Shown here: in pieces, positions 29,601-34,996 of the stretch
Position numbering within the stretch: position 1 is the stretch's first letter
Layout: every line of letters begins with the position of its first letter
Assembly: GCA_030426285.1 (NCBI GenBank)
Contig: JAUHYX010000001.1
Coordinates: 1 to 40,450 of the forward strand
DNA from: a bacterium
GTDB taxonomy: Bacteria > Bacteroidota > Ignavibacteria > Kapaibacteriales > UBA7675
Length of the DNA stretch: 40,450 nucleotides
Reading direction: 5' to 3'
Made by a program: the position numbers and the translations under genes
The notes under the pieces: model-generated
What the model saw: only the letters and a program-made list of their open reading frames with translations
Told to the model about the DNA's origin: nothing
Databases searched by the model: none

Positions 29601-32600
29601 GTAGCAGAAGCAGTCGTCATGAAACTGTTGCCAACAAACTGTTGCGGAACGCCTGCAATCGATTGGATGAAGAACACCTGCACGTTTTGCGTGGTAGCAA
29701 CGAGGTCACCAACAGAGTTATACGTACCCATGGTAACGCTAACTGTTGCATTCGTTCCATCCAACTGAATTGTTGTTGGCAATCCATCGCGAGACGTTAC
29801 AGCTGTTGAACTGAAAGCCAAACGAATTGCTGGACGAGGTGCAAGAGAAACAGTTACAGATGTTGAGAACAATCCAGGCATAGATGCGCGGATGATTGCA
29901 GTTGTTGCAAATTGTCCTCTCCAATCCAAAGCGATGTTTGCAAATGTAGTTGGATTCCAACCTGGCTGGCTTGTGAGACCATTGTTGTCTCCGTACATCG
30001 TCAAGTTGTAACTGTTTACAGTTCCAATTGTAGTTGTACCAAGTGCGAGGGTTGGACCTACATATGAGTTTCCTGAAGCTTCACCGACGGAACCCAACAC
30101 TTCTAGAGTCAATGTAGAGTTAGCATTTGTTGCTCTGAGATTATTCAAAGCATTAAATGACGCTACAGTAACAGGATAAAGGTTACCTGAAGCAACAGTT
30201 AGTCCTCCACTGTTGAAACCAAAGGTAGAAGTAGTACCATCAACTGAACCACCATACTGTCCACGAGAGAAAGCAAGACGATTTACCGCTGGTGGGATAA
30301 CAGAAACAGTAAGAGTTGTTCCATCTGCATCTACAAGGTCAGCACCATCTAAAAGAACAGGTGTGACAATTGCCCAAGGTGATTGGTTTGCAATTGTTAT
30401 TGATGCAGAGGTTACTCCACCACCACTGAAATCAAACGCATCAAGGAATTCTTCATCGTTGCCATCTCCATCGGAGTCGAGCGTCAATGTTCCAAGCGCA
30501 TTTGTACTGCGGAGGTTACCAAGAGCATTCCACGTACCCGCCGTTACTGTAATTGTACTGTTTGTACCGGTCAACGTAACTGTTGTAGAACCTGCATTGA
30601 AGCCATCGGCTCCGTTGTACGTTGTGGTAGAAAACGCTACAAGATTAGCTTCTGGGACAATCAGGGTAACCGTAACACTAGTTGACATCATTGGAGCGCC
30701 CAAGAAATCATTGTGCGTCGCAGTGAATGTTGCTGTTGTGTTATCCGGTCCTGTCCAAGAGAACTGTAAATTTGTATCATCAGTCACTGAAATTGGAGAG
30801 AACGTCAATGTTGACGACCCAACAATTTGTAGTCTTGGATCTCCACCTGCATCAGCTGTGATAATGGCAGTCGTTGTGAAGAAGAAGATCGGGAATGTAT
30901 TGTTACCCGTTGCTGTTGGATACCATTCTTGGTCAAAAGTCGCCATTGTAACCGGTATAGTCACTACTGGAGTATTGACATCAATCGTCAAATCTCCTCC
31001 ATTGAATCCAGTTATACCAGCACCGGTAGAATTCGAGAATGCAAGCCTGTCTGCTGCAGGAGCCAGCAACGTGATAACAATATTTGGAAGTTGCTGTAAC
31101 TCCATACTTCCAGTACCGGTTGTCGTCACCCAGAAATTAGCTCCGCGAGCAAAAGCTCCTGTCATCGTAAACCTAAGGTCTGGAATTGTTACTTGACCAG
31201 TTGATGTTGGGATAACAGCCAAACTGTTGGTAACTGAAAAATCATCAAATCCTGTGAAGACATGAGTTGCCAAGGTTACAGGAGTCTTTGGATTAGACCT
31301 AGTATCAATTGCGTTCCACGTAGCAACAGTTACAGGAACAACTGCTGAAGTACGGTTCACCATTGATATGATGAATCTATTGCCCAAGCCCGATACATCA
31401 CCGGCGTTGAATTGATCATTGTCTTCAGCTATTGCGCTTCCGGTAAGAGTTGCGGCAATTGTACTTGGCGCCAATGGGCAAATCGTAACGGTTAAGCTCG
31501 TATTAACAAGTCCAGTCGCACTCGTCAAACTGAGAGTTATTGTAGTTGGACTTGCTCCCAACCAACCAAACTGAAGCGTACCTAAGCGGTTTGCCGTTTG
31601 CGCACCTGCATCGTCACCGAAAATATGTACCTCCGCATGTGTCGAGGTAACAGCAGGTCCACCTGACCATACACCACCAACACCTGTAATCGTAGGTTTG
31701 ATTGATGGGTTAGACGGGAATGGTGAACCATCAATGCGCATAATCAATGTACTTGAGGCACTCGTAACACGAGTATTGCCTAGTTCGTTGAAAGTCGCAA
31801 AGTTAAGATTGATGATCTGTTGAGAGTTGACCGTGAGTTCACCACCATTGAATCCATCTTGACCAGTAGGATCTGTTGTACTCCAAGCAACTCGAGTTGC
31901 TGCTGGTGGTTGGAATCCGATCAATGCAGTTGTTGTTTTCAACGTTCCTTCAGTAACGCGAAGTTGCAACGTTGCCACAGTGTTGATCGGGCCACTATAT
32001 GGGAGCGTCAAAGAGTTACCTTCGAAAATTACTCCCGTAGTAGTCAACGCAACGCTACCAACAGTTTCCGATATCGGGCCTGTTAGTTCAAACAAACCAG
32101 TAATCTGTGAGCTTGTTGCCGTCAAACTTCCGATAGCGTTGTATATGGCAGAAGTCACGCTGATTGTGCTGGTTGTTCCCACCATTTCTGGAAGAGCATG
32201 CACATTGTTGTTGAACTGGAATGTTGCGCGTGTCAAAGGAATACCATCGAAACCAACAATACTGGTTGAGCTAAACGCCAAATCCGTTGCCGGTGGCGGG
32301 AAGATAGTCAACGAGAATGTTGTGGTTCCGAGTGCTCCATCACCTAGGTGAGTAACCTGGATTGTCGCAACTGTAGAGAACATACCAGACCAACCGAGTG
32401 TCAACGTGTGGTTTGTAGAAGCCACAGTGTTGTCGATTGAAGCAGATGTTCCTGCATTCAATGTTACAGCACCAGAATTAATCAAAGAAACCGTGAAGTT
32501 TGTGCTGATTGTTGGTGCGAGGTTACCATTCGTTGCTGTAAGGTTGTCTGAAGAATCAAATGTTGAGAAGACAAAGTCGAAGTTCCCTGTTGCTCCAGTG

Positions 32601-34003
32601 AGGTGCAAAGCAGTTGTAGAACGACCGTCGTTTGATGTACTAGCTTGCGTTGATGCAGCGATTGCAACGGCATCTGGTACATTCATGGTAACATTGATAC
32701 TCGTTGAGCCAAGACCGGCTGCACTATATGTGAGAGTTGCAGTTGTTTGGCGGATACCAAACCATTGCAACATGTCCGTGCTTCCTGTTAGTGCTGAGCT
32801 CGTCACAAACGTGCGAGTACTCGGCGTGTAGAGTAAGTCCGCATGGTTTCCAAATGAAACAGAGATGTCTTCATCTGAACCTTGAACCGCTGACATATTC
32901 CCAAAAGCATTATAAGATGCTAGTGTTACTGGAAGTTGAATATCACGATCTCCAGCTGTTACTGTCACTGTTGTGACACCACTATTGAAGCCATCAAACC
33001 CGTTCGCATTTGTTGTCGCGCTAATGGCCATGCGATCTGGAGCCAATGGATACACCGCAATTGTAGCTGATGTATTGGCAAGAACTCCGTTTGAAGCCGT
33101 CAATACTGCTGTTTGAACAACCGGTCCCATGTTGTAGAATGTCAACCCTGTTGTATCCGCTCCATTCTCTTTAAAAGCAGCCATTGGATATGTCGCACTT
33201 GTGAGGACAGATCCAGTAGAGCTAAAGCTAATGTTAGTCGGACCAGTAAGGGTAAACACAACATTGGTTGTGGTTTGCAATGCCGATGGCTCTAGGTCAT
33301 CGTTAATTGTCTGGTAACGAATGTTGTTGTTGTTACCTGACTGCATTGTCAGACGATTGTTGATACCGCTGAGGTCATTCGGGCTAGTCTCTCCCGCTTC
33401 AACCACACTGTACGTAAGGCGCGATGCCGTACCACTAACACGAATAGTAGTTGACGTAGACAACAAGGTCACGCCACCATTTGTGTTTACGAGGGTGAAG
33501 TCTACCGTTACGGCACTTGTTGTACTCGACACGATAATCATGTCTTCGAACAAGTACGTTGGGGTAAATGGAGGCCAGCTCGCTGTTGTTGAACTTACGA
33601 ATGACAAATAGCTTGCATTTGCTCCCGATACCGAGATCTCCAAGCTCGCAGACTGCGGAAAAAAGTTACAGTTCTGCGTGTAGTCTGTCGCGTCAACTGC
33701 GGCTAACAACACATCGAATGGAATCGCGTTCCCCACCTTCACTGGGGGAACAGAGTTATCCACTCCGTTGATTAACGAGTACACCGCTTGCGATGTACAC
33801 TGCGCCTGAGCGGACGGGCTGAAAATGGAGGAAACAAACAGTGCCGTCAGCACTCCAATTACGAGACCGACAGCACGTTTCGACCTCGTAAACAAATGCG
33901 CCCGAGTTGGCGGATTTGCAACAGAAGTCACACGAGGCTGTGATGAAGCCATGGATTGCTCCGTTGATATTTTAGGTTGGTTGTTAATTCTCTTCAACTG
34001 CAT
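17687..34003 (-). CDS. Giant (5438 aa) secreted/cell-surface repeat protein: signal peptide, roughly 40-45 bacterial Ig-like (Big_1/invasin-like) modules, two He_PIG-like domains, C-terminal dockerin-like repeats
   Basis: A single uninterrupted 16.3-kb ORF. The hydrophobic segment [25 protein letters not shown] looks like a signal peptide. Ig-domain-like motifs of the form hxVxVxDxxGN...GxATFxL...G.YTLxA recur throughout. An alternative start at ATG 33952 has a GGAG Shine-Dalgarno at 6 nt. Confidence 0.9.
   Translation of the reverse strand: [5438 protein letters not shown]
17690..17866 (-). other. Dockerin-like pair of Ca-binding repeats (aa 5380-5438 of the giant protein)
   Basis: [21 protein letters not shown] ... 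[19 protein letters not shown]. The second copy fits DxxxDGxVNxxD followed by a helix; the first has a slightly longer loop. Confidence 0.55.
17867..18355 (-). other. C-terminal ~160-aa domain with VDWVEVELR ... [13 protein letters not shown] motifs (aa 5217-5379)
   Basis: [11 protein letters not shown]...[10 protein letters not shown]...[11 protein letters not shown]...[13 protein letters not shown]...[17 protein letters not shown]...YDFTSG. I recall this pattern from the C-termini of other large FCB-group surface proteins but cannot name a family. Confidence 0.4.
18356..18826 (-). repeat. Two He_PIG / cadherin-like 'putative Ig' domains (aa ~5060-5216)
   Basis: [35 protein letters not shown] and [49 protein letters not shown] carry the LPxGLxLxxxTGxIxGxPT signature. 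Confidence 0.7.
18896..21442 (-). repeat. About eight tandem ~107-aa Ig-like repeats (aa 4188-5036)
   Basis: Each unit has ST(I/V)xxxxxxxVEVGG..L...V.K.D.FGNPTT.GTV...L......G..L....VADG.......Y.SGT.A.......ATIGGT.I.GS..DIEQ(Y/F)A. The units share only about half their residues by eye. Confidence 0.75.
21443..22798 (-). repeat. Four ~113-aa Ig-like domains of the VQV(E/Q)DxxGN type (aa 3736-4187)
   Basis: [41 protein letters not shown] and [12 protein letters not shown]. Each is followed by G.ATF..(M/V/L).(V/I).K.G.(Y)TL and ends in a (P)G boundary. Confidence 0.7.
22799..25471 (-). repeat. Nine tandem ~99-aa Ig-like repeats with an invariant C-x13-C (aa 2845-3735)
   Basis: All nine units contain C-x13-C-(G/A/D/N)-N (for example [38 protein letters not shown]), then V.L....G.TF.GG....A.SD..G.ATFTL.NV.GL.G...LT, and end in (Q/P)G. 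Confidence 0.8.
25472..26521 (-). repeat. Copy 2 of a ~350-aa three-domain supermodule (aa ~2495-2844)
   Basis: Collinear with copy 1: [35 protein letters not shown] / [11 protein letters not shown]...[20 protein letters not shown] / [13 protein letters not shown]. Confidence 0.65.
27284..28345 (-). repeat. Copy 1 of the ~350-aa three-domain supermodule (aa ~1887-2240)
   Basis: [35 protein letters not shown] / [14 protein letters not shown]...[20 protein letters not shown] / [15 protein letters not shown]. Confidence 0.65.
28382..33802 (-). repeat. N-terminal ~1800 aa of degenerate ~130-aa Thr/Ser/Asn/Ala-rich modules
   Basis: Recurrent module boundaries: [113 protein letters not shown]. 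Internal motifs are (D)GFN(S/G/A)G..TV and (A/G)T(Y/W/F)NA(L/I/F)GN. Confidence 0.6.
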
Positions 34004-34089
34004 TTAAACATTGCACACGTCCCCCAAGTACACTCTTGGAGGTTGGGCAATATAAAAAAAGATATCCACGTGACGAATTTTTTGGCAGG

Positions 34090-34989
34090 CTATCTCCTTC
34101 GATACTGCGATTTAATCAAATGACGCCACTTTTTTTCTTTGGGTTGCCGTCCAACTGTTGTCACTTGAACGTCAACCGATATTTCTGCATCAAGAATGAT
34201 GCCATCATGAATAGCAACTTGCCCTTGTTCCGAGACAACGGCTGTTGTTCTCTCTTTTGTCAAATCTGGAATGATGCCTTCTGAGGCTTGTCCAGACTTG
34301 TGATATGTTAACACAACTACTGAGCTGTCTTGCCCAGCCAATTCATTAAACTCTACTAATGTTTGCGATGTAATTCTAGTAGGTGGAAAACAGGTTTCGT
34401 CAAGCTGTGTTGTAGCTTTTTCAGACAACCAGTTTTCACCACCTATAGCACATGTCTTGTGCAATAGAGGAGGGAATAGGTTCGCATAAGGTCCAGATGG
34501 GTGCTCTACGGGGTTGCGAGGAAGTATGTTTTGTGAAACCCTACTTCCGTCAGCTGTGATTGCAATGTTTACTTTGTGATTCTGCATCGGGTGTGTACTT
34601 TTTTGAAGGGTGTCACTTCCGACAACTATTTCAGATTGCGCCTGCTTCAGCTGCATCTCCAGTTTGTAGATAGTGTCAGCAACAATGCCAACACATGTTA
34701 TCTCCCACATTTCTTGGCGCTTGCGCAATTCTACTTGTTCCTGTGAATACGCAATGATCTCTTCTGTATACACTTCATACTGTTCAGTTTGACCTTTACT
34801 CCACTCATAACCGAAGCAGTAGTTCCCTGCAACAAGTAAAGGATTCCCAGTACTATTGGTATCTGATTGTTGAGAATTCGAGTCACCATTGGTCTCAATA
34901 ACATCCTTTTCAGTATCGGCGCAAGAAACTAACGACAGCGCAAGTACACAGATCAATGTGCTGGCAAAATGAAATAATGTCTGCTTCAT
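34090..34989 (-). CDS. Lipoprotein of unknown function
   Basis: MKQTLFHFASTLICVLALSLVSCADTEKD has a lipobox (LVSC). 299 aa with a Ser/Asn/Asp-rich linker after the Cys and a basic C-terminal tail KEKKWRHLIKSQYRRR. The start lies 7 nt after the GT2 stop. No family recognised. Confidence 0.7.
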   Translation of the reverse strand: MKQTLFHFASTLICVLALSLVSCADTEKDVIETNGDSNSQQSDTNSTGNPLLVAGNYCFGYEWSKGQTEQYEVYTEEIIAYSQEQVELRKRQEMWEITCVGIVADTIYKLEMQLKQAQSEIVVGSDTLQKSTHPMQNHKVNIAITADGSRVSQNILPRNPVEHPSGPYANLFPPLLHKTCAIGGENWLSEKATTQLDETCFPPTRITSQTLVEFNELAGQDSSVVVLTYHKSGQASEGIIPDLTKERTTAVVSEQGQVAIHDGIILDAEISVDVQVTTVGRQPKEKKWRHLIKSQYRRR

Positions 34990-34996
34990 ATATACC

